Shown: one piece after another, positions 50,928-61,232 of the stretch
Layout: each line of letters starts with the position of its first letter
Numbering within the stretch: position 1 is the stretch's first letter
DNA from: Candidatus Sulfomarinibacteraceae bacterium
Lineage (GTDB): Bacteria; Acidobacteriota; Thermoanaerobaculia; Thermoanaerobaculales; Sulfomarinibacteraceae
Direction: 5' to 3'
Length of the DNA: 64,000 nt
NCBI GenBank assembly: GCA_963796455.1
Contig: CAWCLO010000004.1
Coordinates: forward strand, 1,056,001 to 1,120,000
The notes under the pieces: model-generated
The model's database searches: none
What the model was told of the DNA's origin: nothing
What the model saw: the letters and a program-made list of their open reading frames with translations, nothing else
Program-made: the position numbers and the translations under genes

Positions 50928-51024
50928 CAAACCCTGCAACCGCCGTCGGACCAAGACTAGTTGGTGCTATCGCCGATATGAAATGAGTTGGTGCCGGTGC
51001 GCGTATGATCATCAGGGAGTCACC

Positions 51025-51522
51025 ATGCGAAGCCTGACCGCTCTCGTTGGTACCGCCGCAGCAGGCGTGTTCCTCGCCGCCTTTCACTGGGAGCGGCTGC
51101 CGGAACGGGTGGCAAGCCACTTCGACTCCTCGGGGGTTGCCAACGGTTGGATGAGCAGGGACGCTCATTTCCTGTTCTCGATCGGTCTCGTTCTCGGTCT
51201 GTCGACCATGTTCCTGGCGGTTGCCTTCATGATCCGCCGCGTGCCGAAGAAGTGGGTCAACATCCCCAACAAAGACCACTGGTTTGGACCGGATCACGAA
51301 GAGGCCACCCGGCGCTACGTCGCATCCTGGGCGCTCGGATTTGGCGCCGTGATCAATCTTTATATGATCTTCGTCCTGCACATGGTTTTTCTGGCCAGCC
51401 GGGCCGACCCGGTAGCCGTCAACAACAGAACCATGATCCTCGGGCTGATCGTGTTTCTGGCGATCTCCGTATTGAGTACCGTCGGGTTACTCCGGCATTT
51501 TGCGAAGCCTCCCTCTTCCTGA
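51025..51522 (+). CDS. DUF1648-like membrane protein
   Basis: LPERVASHFDSSGVANGW, NIPNKDHW, 4 TMs. Confidence 0.8.
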   Translation: MRSLTALVGTAAAGVFLAAFHWERLPERVASHFDSSGVANGWMSRDAHFLFSIGLVLGLSTMFLAVAFMIRRVPKKWVNIPNKDHWFGPDHEEATRRYVASWALGFGAVINLYMIFVLHMVFLASRADPVAVNNRTMILGLIVFLAISVLSTVGLLRHFAKPPSS

Positions 51523-51570
51523 TTGCCGGGATGGAGTACTCCCCTCTTCAGCTCACTGCTGTCTGAGATC

Positions 51571-51996
51571 CGGGCGACAGCGACAGCAAGCTGCAAACAG
51601 GGGTGTTCAAAGGATGGAGAAACCTGTGTGCGTATCCGAGCCGTGAAATATACCGACCCGGTACCTGAGGCTAACGTCCCTTTTCGGGGGCTCGCAGCCA
51701 GGACGACAGAATCTACCGCTGAGTGCGCATCCGAGCCGCGAAGCGGCGAAAGAGAATAGCCTGGGGCGTGAGCCCCAGGTTTCCAACCCCACACAAATAT
51801 GCGAGCCCTGAAGGGGCGACAGACTCAACTGCCGCCGCTTCGCGGCTGTGACAAAAAAATACCGACCCGGTAGCTGGGGCTGACGCCCCAGGCTAATATC
51901 TGGCGCCCCTACGGGGCTCACAAAAAGGACGACAGAACACCGCCCCTGATGACCGATCGCTGACGCTGCCTGCCGTTCACGGTCGCTGTCCCTGAT
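51571..51996. repeat. REP-like hairpin cluster nested inside GACAGC-type arms
   Basis: AGCCGCGAAGCGGCG, TAGCCTGGGGCGT and AGCCCTGAAGGGGCG each with an inverted partner (51733-51920); outer arms 51571-51590 and 51946-51996. Confidence 0.82.
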
Positions 51997-52125
51997 CGGC
52001 GTCCGAGACGCTTTCATTCAACAGAGTGTCCAGGAGACAGAATCGACGAATCAGGATGCGGCTCTGAAGGTGGGCCTTGGCCCACCTTCAGGCTGCCCGA
52101 AATCCTCTCTCGGAAAGGCGTGTCT

Positions 52126-52935
52126 TCAATTCTGGACGGCCCGCTGCAAGACATCCACGAAGTTCTCAGGTTGGAACCAGTGCGGATTGTGGCCGCCTTC
52201 CATGACAACGACCTGCCACCCTCGCGATCGCGCCCGGTCGGCAAAAACACCGAAGTTGTCGGAGTCCTCTCCTTTTTCCACTGTCAGGATGTAAACTGCG
52301 TGAAGCGCGGTCGCCTCCGGATTGTCGATCACGATTTCTTCGGTGAAGGTGAGGAGGGGCTGCGGTACGTCAACCGGCGGCGGTTTTCCGGCCTCGACCC
52401 ACCTCGGGACGAGTTGCCAGGCCTCGGCATCGCCGGCTCCCGCCGTCGCCATCGAATCGATGGCGTCGCCAAAGAGACCGGAGACCGATTCGCCTTCCTC
52501 CGGAAGAATGGCGTCGAGATAGACCAGCGTGCGAATCCGTTCCGGGACACGCTCGGCAACACCGGTGATCACCATCCCGCCGTAGCTGTGTCCTACCAGC
52601 ACGATCTGGTGAAGATCCTCGAACTCGAGCACGTTGACGATGTCTTCGATGTGGGTCGAAAGCCCCACATCGGCGGCGGCCAGGTGAACCCTTTCACCGA
52701 GACCGGTCATCGTCGGCCTCAGAACAGAGTGACCCTCCGCCTCGAGCAGGGGCTGGACTTTGGCGAATTGCCATCCTCCACCCCAGGCTCCATGAACGAA
52801 GACGATGGTCATCGCCTCCGAATCGGATCTCCCCTGCTGCGGCTTTGAGGAACTGCACGCGGTTGTAGCCATTAGAGCCAGAGCCACGATCAGGAACGGC
52901 AGCAAACCACGCCCGTTCAATCCTGCTGGTTTCAT
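52126..52935 (-). CDS. Alpha/beta hydrolase (esterase), probable lipoprotein
   Basis: TTAC lipobox-like, VHGAW, GHSYGG; GGAGG RBS. Confidence 0.9.
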   Translation of the reverse strand: MKPAGLNGRGLLPFLIVALALMATTACSSSKPQQGRSDSEAMTIVFVHGAWGGGWQFAKVQPLLEAEGHSVLRPTMTGLGERVHLAAADVGLSTHIEDIVNVLEFEDLHQIVLVGHSYGGMVITGVAERVPERIRTLVYLDAILPEEGESVSGLFGDAIDSMATAGAGDAEAWQLVPRWVEAGKPPPVDVPQPLLTFTEEIVIDNPEATALHAVYILTVEKGEDSDNFGVFADRARSRGWQVVVMEGGHNPHWFQPENFVDVLQRAVQN

Positions 52936-53081
52936 CAGTCCTCCCTTTGCCCGGGCCCATCCTAAGCGATTGCGGATCGACCGAAGATGGAGCCAAAAAC
53001 CAGAATGGGCCATTTCTGTTCGGCAACTGCATCAAATCAAGACATTTCTCCTGTGACGAGCCTTTGATTCGGCTCCAGAAG

Positions 53082-53097
53082 TGGCATCAGTCTTGCT
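53082..53097 (+). promoter_or_regulatory. Possible sigma-54 promoter
   Basis: TGGCAT-CAGTC-TTGCT, but very close to ATG 53111. Confidence 0.45.
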
Positions 53098-53110
53098 CTT
53101 TGGAGTGATC

Positions 53111-55789
53111 ATGAGGACATTCGAGAGAGCCCTTTCATTCTTCGCCATCGCTTTCGCCGCCCTTTCTATTCTGGCGTTCGGGCCCGCAGCCCAAGCCGCC
53201 TATCTGGAAAACGTGCCACAGGTCCTGATCCAACCGGACGGCTCCCGAATCGAGTGTTTTGCCAGTGGTGACGAGCACTATCACTGGTTGCACGATGCCG
53301 AGGGCTTTGTCATCGTCCGCGATCCGGAGACCGGCTTCTGGGTTTGGGCGGAAGCGGCTGAGGGCGACCTCGCACCGACCGAGTACGTGGTCGGCCGCAT
53401 TCCACCGCGCTACCTGGATCTCGAGCCGAACATCGCTCCTGACCGAAGTGTGCTGGAAAACCGGAACGCGAACCTCTTCCAGGCGCCACCATCGCAGCCC
53501 GCTCCCGCAACCGGAACGATGGAAAACATAGTGATCTTCATCCGATTCAGTGATGAGGCAGAATTCGGCGAAGCCATCAGCGGCTACGATGAAGACTTCA
53601 ATTCAACCACACCGGGCGACAGTTCGATGAAGGCATATTTTGACGAGGTCTCGTACAACCAGCTCACCATCAATTCCACGTTCTATCCAACCCCCGGCAC
53701 CAACGTGGTTTCCTACCAAGACGCCCAACCCCGCGCCTACTATCAGCCTTATAACGCAGCCACGAACATCACGGGATACAGCACCTCCGGCGAAAGGACG
53801 ACCCGCGAACACACCCTTCTCAAAAACGCCGTCGACGCCGTCTCGTCGCAGGTTCCGGTAGGACTCGATGTAGATGGCGACAACGACGGGCGGGTCGATA
53901 ATGTCGTTTTTATCGTCAAGGGTTTCCCGGATGGGTGGAGTGACCTCCTCTGGCCCCACCGTTGGGCCCTCTATTCACAAACGGCCTCGATCAATGGCGC
54001 AACGGTCTGGGACTACAACCTCCAGCTGAGCTCTGCGATCGGGGTCGGTGTGCTGTGCCACGAAATGTTCCACTCCCTGGGGGCTCCTGATCTCTACCAC
54101 TACACTTCAAATGGAGTCCGTCCCGTCGGGCGGTGGGATCTGATGGAACAGAACGCGAACCCGCCGCAGCACATGACGATGTATATGAAGATGCGCTACG
54201 GCGATTGGGTCGCCTCGATCCCGACGATTACAACCAACGGGACCTACACCCTCAACCCGGTGACCTCCTCCACCAACAACGCTTACAGGATCGCCTCGCC
54301 CCACACTACCGGAGAGTACTTTGTCGTCGAATACCGGCGGAAGACCGGTACCTTCGAAAACTCGGTGCCCGGTTCGGGGCTGATCGTCTATCGAATCAAC
54401 ACCGCCGCGGATGGCACCGGGAATCGCAACGGCCCGCCCGATGAGGTCTACGTCTATCGCCCGGGCGGGAGCAACTCCGTCAACGGCGACCCCTACTCCG
54501 CCCATTTCAGCCTCGACACCGGCCGGACCCAGATCAACGACTCCACCGACCCGTCGTCTTTTCTTCAGGACAACAGTTCCGGTGGCCTCGATATCTCGGA
54601 TGTCACCGCCGCCGGGGCCACGATTTCGTTCGATGTGATCGTGGAGCCCGACGACGATTTCAGCATCAGCGCCACCCCGCCCAGCCAAGAGGTCTGCCAG
54701 GGATCCAACGCCGACTTCGAGGTGGCCGTTCAGCAGATCGCCGCCTTTTCGGGCCCGGTGTCTCTGAGCGCCGGCGGAACGCCCTCCGGAGCGACTGGTG
54801 CATTCTCCACCAACCCGGTCAACACGGTTCCCGGAACCAGCACCTTCACGGTGAGCAACACCGCGGCGGCTTCACCCGGCACTTCGACCATCACAATCAC
54901 CGGCACCGGGAGCCCGGGAAGCCACGACGACACGGTAGATCTCACCATCATCACGACCCCCAGCTCTGCGACCCTTCAAAGCCCACCCAACGGCGCCACC
55001 GGTATTTCGATAGCACCCATCTTCATCTGGAATGCGGTCGCCGGCGCCACTTCTTACACCATCCAGATCGCATCCGACGCAGGCTTCCAAAGCATCGTCG
55101 ACAGTGCCGTTGTCCAGGTCACGAATTACTCGGGCGCGACCCTCGACCCGGACACCACGTATCACTGGCGGGTTTTCGCCTCCAACTCCTGCGGACCGGG
55201 AAGCACCTCGGCACCCTTCAGCCTGACCACGGACGACGGATCGACGGTGTGCAGCAACATCCTCACGGAACCCGGCTTCGAGGCCGGGACCGGCTCAGCC
55301 TGGTCGGAGAGTTCGAGCAATGGGTGGATTCTCATCGATGATACTAACCCCCGTACCGGCACCTACTCCGCCTGGTTGGGTGGTGACGACGAGGAGACTT
55401 CAAATGTCTGGCAGGTGCCGGATATCGACGCATCGGCCTCATCCGCGACATTGAAATACTGGTACTTCATCGACTCGCCGGATTCTTGCGGCAATGATAA
55501 CGGTGGCCTCGAGATCAACGGGACGCCGGCAAGCGGCCACAATTATGACCTGTGTACGACCACAGATACAGGAGTCAACTGGCTCGAGTCCGCCACCGTC
55601 GATCTGCTTTCCCTGGCCGGTTCGTCCCCGACGATCACGTTCTTTGCCACCACGGACGAATCATCCATAAGCCACCTGTTCATTGATGACGTCACACTTG
55701 AAGTCTGTGTGCCGGGAGCTCCGCCCGCCATGTTCAGCGACGGCTTCGAATCGGGAGACACATCCTCCTGGACCAGCGCCGTGCCATAG
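53111..55789 (+). CDS. Secreted M6 (immune inhibitor A-like) metalloprotease with FN3-like and beta-sandwich domains
   Basis: QPDG propeptide, LWPHRW, HEMFHSLGAPDLY, WDLM, EYFVVEYR. Confidence 0.92.
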   Translation: MRTFERALSFFAIAFAALSILAFGPAAQAAYLENVPQVLIQPDGSRIECFASGDEHYHWLHDAEGFVIVRDPETGFWVWAEAAEGDLAPTEYVVGRIPPRYLDLEPNIAPDRSVLENRNANLFQAPPSQPAPATGTMENIVIFIRFSDEAEFGEAISGYDEDFNSTTPGDSSMKAYFDEVSYNQLTINSTFYPTPGTNVVSYQDAQPRAYYQPYNAATNITGYSTSGERTTREHTLLKNAVDAVSSQVPVGLDVDGDNDGRVDNVVFIVKGFPDGWSDLLWPHRWALYSQTASINGATVWDYNLQLSSAIGVGVLCHEMFHSLGAPDLYHYTSNGVRPVGRWDLMEQNANPPQHMTMYMKMRYGDWVASIPTITTNGTYTLNPVTSSTNNAYRIASPHTTGEYFVVEYRRKTGTFENSVPGSGLIVYRINTAADGTGNRNGPPDEVYVYRPGGSNSVNGDPYSAHFSLDTGRTQINDSTDPSSFLQDNSSGGLDISDVTAAGATISFDVIVEPDDDFSISATPPSQEVCQGSNADFEVAVQQIAAFSGPVSLSAGGTPSGATGAFSTNPVNTVPGTSTFTVSNTAAASPGTSTITITGTGSPGSHDDTVDLTIITTPSSATLQSPPNGATGISIAPIFIWNAVAGATSYTIQIASDAGFQSIVDSAVVQVTNYSGATLDPDTTYHWRVFASNSCGPGSTSAPFSLTTDDGSTVCSNILTEPGFEAGTGSAWSESSSNGWILIDDTNPRTGTYSAWLGGDDEETSNVWQVPDIDASASSATLKYWYFIDSPDSCGNDNGGLEINGTPASGHNYDLCTTTDTGVNWLESATVDLLSLAGSSPTITFFATTDESSISHLFIDDVTLEVCVPGAPPAMFSDGFESGDTSSWTSAVP

Positions 55790-55832
55790 GAAGCGCGGCG
55801 CCGGTCGAGGGGATGGCGGCGTACCCCGCGGC

Positions 55833-56645
55833 CTATGCCTGGTGCACCACGATCTGATCGAAGGGAATCTCGATGCCCGCCGCTTCGAGGGCATTGTAGA
55901 TTTCGATCCGGACGTTGTGCTGCATCGTTGGGAAGTTATCGGGCAAACTCCACGGCCGGGCATACAGATCCAGCGACGAGGCGCCGAAACCGCCAAAGGC
56001 CACATCCGGTGCCGGGTCCTCGAGCACGAGATCCGCTTGCACGCAGGCCTTCTGGATCACATCCATTGCCTTCGCCATATCGGTGCCGTAGGCGACGCCG
56101 ATGGAGATATTGGCCCGGACCTTTCCCTGCATCGCATAGTTGATGATCGAATCATCGGTGATCTTCGAGTTCGGAATGATGATTGTCTCGTTATCGGGAG
56201 TCCGCAACGTGGTCGCAAAAAGACCGATTTCTTGAACCCCACCGGTATGGCCTGCGACTGTCACCCGCTGACCGATATCGATCGGCCGGAAGACCAGCAT
56301 CATCACGCCGGCCGCAAAGTTCGACAAACTTCCCTGGAGGGCAAAACCGACCGCCAGGCCCGCTGCACCCAGGATGGCTACCAGACTCGTGCTCTGGACG
56401 CCGACCTTGCCGAGCGCCGCAATCACCGCGGCGGCAAGAATGCCGTATCGCACGATCGAGGCCAGGAATCGTCCGAGCGCCTGGTCCAGATTCCGTTTCG
56501 TGATCATCCTGACGACCACCCGGTAGGCCCATTTGGAGATCATCCAACCAATGATCAGAATCAGCAGGGCGGTCAATGCACCCACCAGTAACGGCGCATA
56601 GGGATCCAGGGCGTCGGGCAACAGAACTCTCATCGCTTCGAGCAT
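55833..56645 (-). CDS. mscS: Small-conductance mechanosensitive channel
   Basis: GAAGLAVGFALQGSLSNFAAG, IPNS, GIEIPF. Confidence 0.93.
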   Translation of the reverse strand: MLEAMRVLLPDALDPYAPLLVGALTALLILIIGWMISKWAYRVVVRMITKRNLDQALGRFLASIVRYGILAAAVIAALGKVGVQSTSLVAILGAAGLAVGFALQGSLSNFAAGVMMLVFRPIDIGQRVTVAGHTGGVQEIGLFATTLRTPDNETIIIPNSKITDDSIINYAMQGKVRANISIGVAYGTDMAKAMDVIQKACVQADLVLEDPAPDVAFGGFGASSLDLYARPWSLPDNFPTMQHNVRIEIYNALEAAGIEIPFDQIVVHQA

Positions 56646-56723
56646 TTCAATTCCTCCTTGTGCTGTGTTGACAGAGGGATTCTACAGAAAGTCACATGGG
56701 AGGGCGAACGGGTTACGAATATA

Positions 56724-56826
56724 GCTATGGGGCTATGGGGCTATGGGGCTATGGGGCTATGGGCCGTGAGGTTCTCTCAACGCAGTGTTAGGACCTCATC
56801 GCCTCACTGCCCCACTGCCTCATAGC
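56724..56826. repeat. CTATGGGG x5 array with a degenerate inverted arm
   Basis: Array 56725-56763; complementary units cctcatcg cctcactg ccccactg cctcatag at 56794-56825. Confidence 0.85.
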
Positions 56827-56830
56827 AACG

Positions 56831-56856
56831 AAAAAGGGGCTGCCGAAGCAGCCCCT
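56831..56856 (-). terminator. Rho-independent terminator of the second TonB receptor gene
   Basis: AGGGGCTGC-cgaa-GCAGCCCCT preceded by an A-tract. Confidence 0.85.
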
Positions 56857-56888
56857 GGTTGTGCGTGTGAACGCTGTTGATGAAAGCC

Positions 56889-59800
56889 CTAGAACTCGAA
56901 CTTGAGGGTCAAGCGGAGTTCGCGCGGCGCCTGGACGGCGTTGTCCAAACCGAACGCGACATCAAGGGCATCCGGACCGAGGCTCGCCAGCAGCGCAGAA
57001 TAATCATAGCCGGCAATGACATCGTCGGCGTCGATTGGAACGTCCTGCAGGGCAGTTTTGTTCCAGATCGAGGTCACTGCCGACTGGTCGAAGAGGTTGA
57101 GCACGGTCAGACCGACTGTGAAGCCCAGTCCCCGGCCAAAGGTAAAGGTATAGAAAAGCGAGAGATCGGTCTGGGTGATCCACTCGGTCCGGCCCAGATC
57201 GCCACGTCCAAAGGGATAGAACTCATTCCCCAGTGGCACTGTGCCGACGGTCGTGAGGGGAGTACCGCTGCCAAAGTATTGGTTAGCACCAACGTTGAGG
57301 CCCATCGGGAAACTATAGAGGAACTGTACACCGAGCTGATGGGTGCGGTCTGTCGGCAGGTCGCCGTATACGAGATCGCCGTCCTCATCGTAGTAGCCGA
57401 AGACCGAGTCGTAGAGCCGACTGACGTTCGGCGAACGGCGAGCTCCGGTTCCGGCGGCGTTGCGCGGACTGTAGAAATTGTTCATTTCGTCCGAATTGGC
57501 GAGACCGGAGTAGTTGCCGTAGAGGCGGCTGAGGGTGTAGTACGCCCGCAGCGACCAGTTGTCGGCAAAACGTTTGTCGAAGGTAAACTCGAGCGCATCG
57601 TAGTCGCGCTGCGGTTTCGGAAAACGCAGACCGTTATCGGTCGGCTCTTCGGTAAGGCCTTCGCCCGGATTGCCGATGACATAGACCTCACCGATGCCGG
57701 GGAAGAGGAAGCCGATGTCCTCGATCGAGCGCTTGAGCTCCTTGTGAACCAGGCGAGCACCCAGTTGCATTGTGTTGTTGAGTTGATGGTCAACACCGAT
57801 CTGGTATTCATAGTTCTCCATCGGTTTGATGTCGGGGTCGACGAGCGGCACGCCGATCGCTTCCCACTCCGCCGGGTCTGCGGCGTTATGCCGGCGATCC
57901 ACTGGCTCGATGAAGGTACCCGCGCCACAGACCGGGCGCTCATTGATCGTGTTGGTTCCGACACGGCAGCCGGCCGCGGTGTTGAGACCCGGGTTGGGCG
58001 AGTCCATTGTGTAGAAGAAGTCAACCCATTTGTTACCGCCGAAGGATCCACGTGGCATCTCGTACTTGGTCACATCGTAGTATTTGCCCATGGAACCATA
58101 GAGCTTCCACTTGGCGTTGTTCATGATGTCCCAGGCAAAACCGATACGCGGGGCGATCTTCTCACCGAAGTTGAACTCGATCGCCGGGTCGGGGCCGGTG
58201 GCGCCGAAGTTCGGGATCGCCTCATGCTCGGAACGGATGCCGAGGTTGAGGGTCAGGTTGGGCAGCACGCTCCACGCATCCTGGATGAAGATCGCTTCGT
58301 TGTTGGTCTCCACAGCACCGAAGGCCGAAATGTTGAGCAAACGGAAGTAGCCGTAATCTCCGGTCACGCTCTCCGATGACGTGGTTGTATAGGACTGATC
58401 CCAGTAATAGATAATACGATCTGCGTTATATCCCGATGCGACATCGTTGGCGATCTTCTCGTTCTGGTATCCGAATTTCAGCGAGTGGTCGCCGGCGCCA
58501 CGGAAGTACGCGGTGCCGTCGATTGCGTAGGCGGTCCGTTCGTAGATGTCACGAATGTCCACACCAGTCCTCAAGTTGTCACTGAGCCATCCGCGATCAT
58601 GCTGCCATTCCGGTGGGATGTCGGGATGCCGATCCACGAAACCGGCGAGACCGAAATAATTGTGAATGACCGGGAAGATGGGGATACCGGTGTCTTCACT
58701 GTTGGTCTTGTAATAGCCGACGCGGCCGCTGACGACAAAGCTGTCGCTGGCGATCCAGTCGGCATTCAAGTAATAGGTCTCACGCTCGCCCTTGACTCCA
58801 AGCGGTGAATAATTGTCATCGTCCGGAAGGTCGGAACGACCGTCAGGGTTGGGGAGCAGGCCATCCGTCTCATAAGGCGAGAGGTTGAGGCCGGCCTTCA
58901 ACAGCAGCGCACTCGAGATATTGGCGGACAGGTTCGCGGTCGCATAGTCGATCTGGAAGTCCTGCTTATAGGTCTGCGGATCATAGCTCACCCAATCCAC
59001 ATAACGCTCGGTCGAGCGAATGCCGGGGATATATGACGCAAAAAACCACAGACGATCCCGAAGGATCGGACCGCCGATCGAGAAACCCGGATCCCAGCGG
59101 GTCTCGTTGTCCTTTCTGTAGGTCTCGCGATACGCGAGGGTCGGATCCTCGAGGTCGTACTCGATCTCACCGCGCTGGGCGCCGTTCCAGGAATTATCCT
59201 CGTAGTCGACAAAGACCGAGCCGTGGAACTCGTTTGAGCCCGACTTGGTCACGGCGTTCACCACGCCGCCCATCGCGCCGCCATACTCGGCCATGTAACC
59301 GGCCGACTTGACCTGGACCTCTTCCATCATCTCGGCGCGAATCGGCACCGAGCTGTTTCCGATCTGAGGATCGGTGGTGTCGAGGCCGTCGATGATGAAA
59401 CGGTTCTCGAGACCGGAAGCGCCATCAACCATGATGCCGCCGCCCTGGTCCTCGGTCGTCGCGCCGGCAGCAAAGCTCACCACATCGGTGAAGTCCCGAC
59501 CGCGCGGAAGGAATTCGATCTCCCATTCGCGGACACTGAGTTCCGTCTGGCTCTCCGTGAAATCGATGGCGATCGTGTCCTGGTGGACGATGATCTCCTC
59601 CGAGAACGTCTGCTGAAGTGAGAAGTTGACAGTCGTGGACTGACCGAGCACCACCGTCATATCAGCCGACATCGGCTGAAAACCTTCAAAGGTTGTCGAC
59701 ACGGTGTAGGATCCTGGCGCCACCCTTGGAAAACGGAAGCGGCCATCGGCGGCAGAAACGGTTGACACCGTGCCGCTGGTACCACTCGCATTGACGAGCG

Positions 59801-59933
59801 CGCCGGCGATCGGCGTACCGACGTCGTTAACGACGGTACCGGTAATTGATCCTGTGGTTTCCTGCGCCACGACCGCGGTGCTGCCGAGCACCAGGATCGC
59901 AACCGCACACGAAATGATAAATCGTCTGGACAT
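56889..59933 (-). CDS. TonB-dependent receptor (Oar-like)
   Basis: Signal peptide, carboxypeptidase-regulatory-like domain, AEYGGAMGGVVNAVTKSG plug, APRIGFAWD, C-terminal FEF. Confidence 0.93.
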   Translation of the reverse strand: MSRRFIISCAVAILVLGSTAVVAQETTGSITGTVVNDVGTPIAGALVNASGTSGTVSTVSAADGRFRFPRVAPGSYTVSTTFEGFQPMSADMTVVLGQSTTVNFSLQQTFSEEIIVHQDTIAIDFTESQTELSVREWEIEFLPRGRDFTDVVSFAAGATTEDQGGGIMVDGASGLENRFIIDGLDTTDPQIGNSSVPIRAEMMEEVQVKSAGYMAEYGGAMGGVVNAVTKSGSNEFHGSVFVDYEDNSWNGAQRGEIEYDLEDPTLAYRETYRKDNETRWDPGFSIGGPILRDRLWFFASYIPGIRSTERYVDWVSYDPQTYKQDFQIDYATANLSANISSALLLKAGLNLSPYETDGLLPNPDGRSDLPDDDNYSPLGVKGERETYYLNADWIASDSFVVSGRVGYYKTNSEDTGIPIFPVIHNYFGLAGFVDRHPDIPPEWQHDRGWLSDNLRTGVDIRDIYERTAYAIDGTAYFRGAGDHSLKFGYQNEKIANDVASGYNADRIIYYWDQSYTTTSSESVTGDYGYFRLLNISAFGAVETNNEAIFIQDAWSVLPNLTLNLGIRSEHEAIPNFGATGPDPAIEFNFGEKIAPRIGFAWDIMNNAKWKLYGSMGKYYDVTKYEMPRGSFGGNKWVDFFYTMDSPNPGLNTAAGCRVGTNTINERPVCGAGTFIEPVDRRHNAADPAEWEAIGVPLVDPDIKPMENYEYQIGVDHQLNNTMQLGARLVHKELKRSIEDIGFLFPGIGEVYVIGNPGEGLTEEPTDNGLRFPKPQRDYDALEFTFDKRFADNWSLRAYYTLSRLYGNYSGLANSDEMNNFYSPRNAAGTGARRSPNVSRLYDSVFGYYDEDGDLVYGDLPTDRTHQLGVQFLYSFPMGLNVGANQYFGSGTPLTTVGTVPLGNEFYPFGRGDLGRTEWITQTDLSLFYTFTFGRGLGFTVGLTVLNLFDQSAVTSIWNKTALQDVPIDADDVIAGYDYSALLASLGPDALDVAFGLDNAVQAPRELRLTLKFEF

Positions 59934-60114
59934 GTTTCATTCCTCCTCGAAAAATGGATGACGATGCCGCACCGGGTGGTTTTGAAACCCCCGACCCGAT
60001 CCGGCGGCCGCGTGGGCCTGCCCCCTTCGCACCTTGGAGCCTCCTTTCAATCGATCAACAAGAAAATTGGGTTTTGACTGCATAATTCTGGTTGAATTCA
60101 TTCAATAAACGTTC

Positions 60115-60163
60115 CCCACCCGATGCCCACCCCATCCCCATAATTTGCCCACAACTACCCCAT
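60115..60163. promoter_or_regulatory. Five CCCA(C/T) boxes at 11-bp period
   Basis: Boxes at 60115, 60126, 60137, 60148 and 60159 upstream of the TonB receptor gene. Confidence 0.55.
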
Positions 60164-60413
60164 ATCAGAATTGGTTAACGCTGGTATTAAGAGGCTTATA
60201 CATTTTTACCGAACGTTCGTTTGGCGTTTCTTCCATAAACGACCGGCTTTTTTAATCCGATTTTCCGAACGAAGATTTCATAAACCGTACAAAAGAAGCG
60301 TCAAAGTTCAAATCCACCCGCGGCCGAGATCGCTTCACCGGGGAATCGTTCAGATCATGTGAATTCGACCAGTGCGCTGTCGGTGGTGCTAGGCTGCTGC
60401 GCCGGAGAATCAG

Positions 60414-61145
60414 TTGAAGCCGAGAATCCTTCTATTGCAGGCGCGGGACGACGACGATCCCATGGCGGAACACGAGCACAGATGTTTTGCCGATCAGAGC
60501 GGATTGCCGATTGAAAACGTGGTGGTCCACGATCTGTGTGCGGGACCGCCAACGCTTGCGCAGGTACGAGACTTCGACTGCCTGATGGTGGGCGGTGCCG
60601 GAGACTATTACGTCTCGAAGCAGAACCTCCCCCACTTCGAAGAGACCCTCGATCTCCTTCGCGAGATCGTCGCGGCACGACACCCGACCTTTGCGTCGTG
60701 CTTTGGTTATCAGTGCCTGGTGGCGGCCCTCGGCGGCGAGATCGTTTTTGACGCCGCCAACACCGAGGTCGGGACCTATGATCTGATGCTGACCGAAGAG
60801 GGTCGCCGCGATGAGCTCTTCGGCGCGATGCCCGATCGATTCCCAGCCCAGCTGGGTCGCAAGGACCGCGCAGTCCGCCACCCCGATGGCATTCCGAATC
60901 TTGCCCAAAGCGAGGCCTGCCCGCTGCAGGCCCTGCGGGTGCCGGGTGCACCGATCTGGGCAACCCAGTTCCACCCGGAACTCGACCGCGAAACCAATGC
61001 CGATCGCTACCGACACTACCTCGTTGGCTACGCGCCCCATATGAGTGACGAAGAAATGGCGGCTGCCCTCGAGCGCTTTGTCGAGAGTCCCGAGGCCTCC
61101 AGCCTGCTACAGCGGTTCCTCGATCTGGTTTTCAGCACCGGGTAG
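60414..61145 (+). CDS. Type 1 glutamine amidotransferase (paralog of 14387-15115)
   Basis: FASCFGYQ and QFHPE. Confidence 0.87.
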   Translation: MKPRILLLQARDDDDPMAEHEHRCFADQSGLPIENVVVHDLCAGPPTLAQVRDFDCLMVGGAGDYYVSKQNLPHFEETLDLLREIVAARHPTFASCFGYQCLVAALGGEIVFDAANTEVGTYDLMLTEEGRRDELFGAMPDRFPAQLGRKDRAVRHPDGIPNLAQSEACPLQALRVPGAPIWATQFHPELDRETNADRYRHYLVGYAPHMSDEEMAAALERFVESPEASSLLQRFLDLVFSTG

Positions 61146-61232
61146 TTTCGCCGTTTTTCACGCGCTTTTGAGAAGAATCTACATAGGGCTGTTTCGACCA
61201 TAGATATTTGACACCTAGGCTATAATTAGAAG

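Noticed and set aside
56877..58379. 500-aa plus-strand ORF and similar long antisense ORFs
   Set aside because: Shadow ORFs opposite well-supported genes, expected at high GC.
61208..61226. Sigma-70 promoter TTGACA...TATAAT
   Set aside because: The spacer is only 7 bp, so the two hexamers cannot form one promoter.
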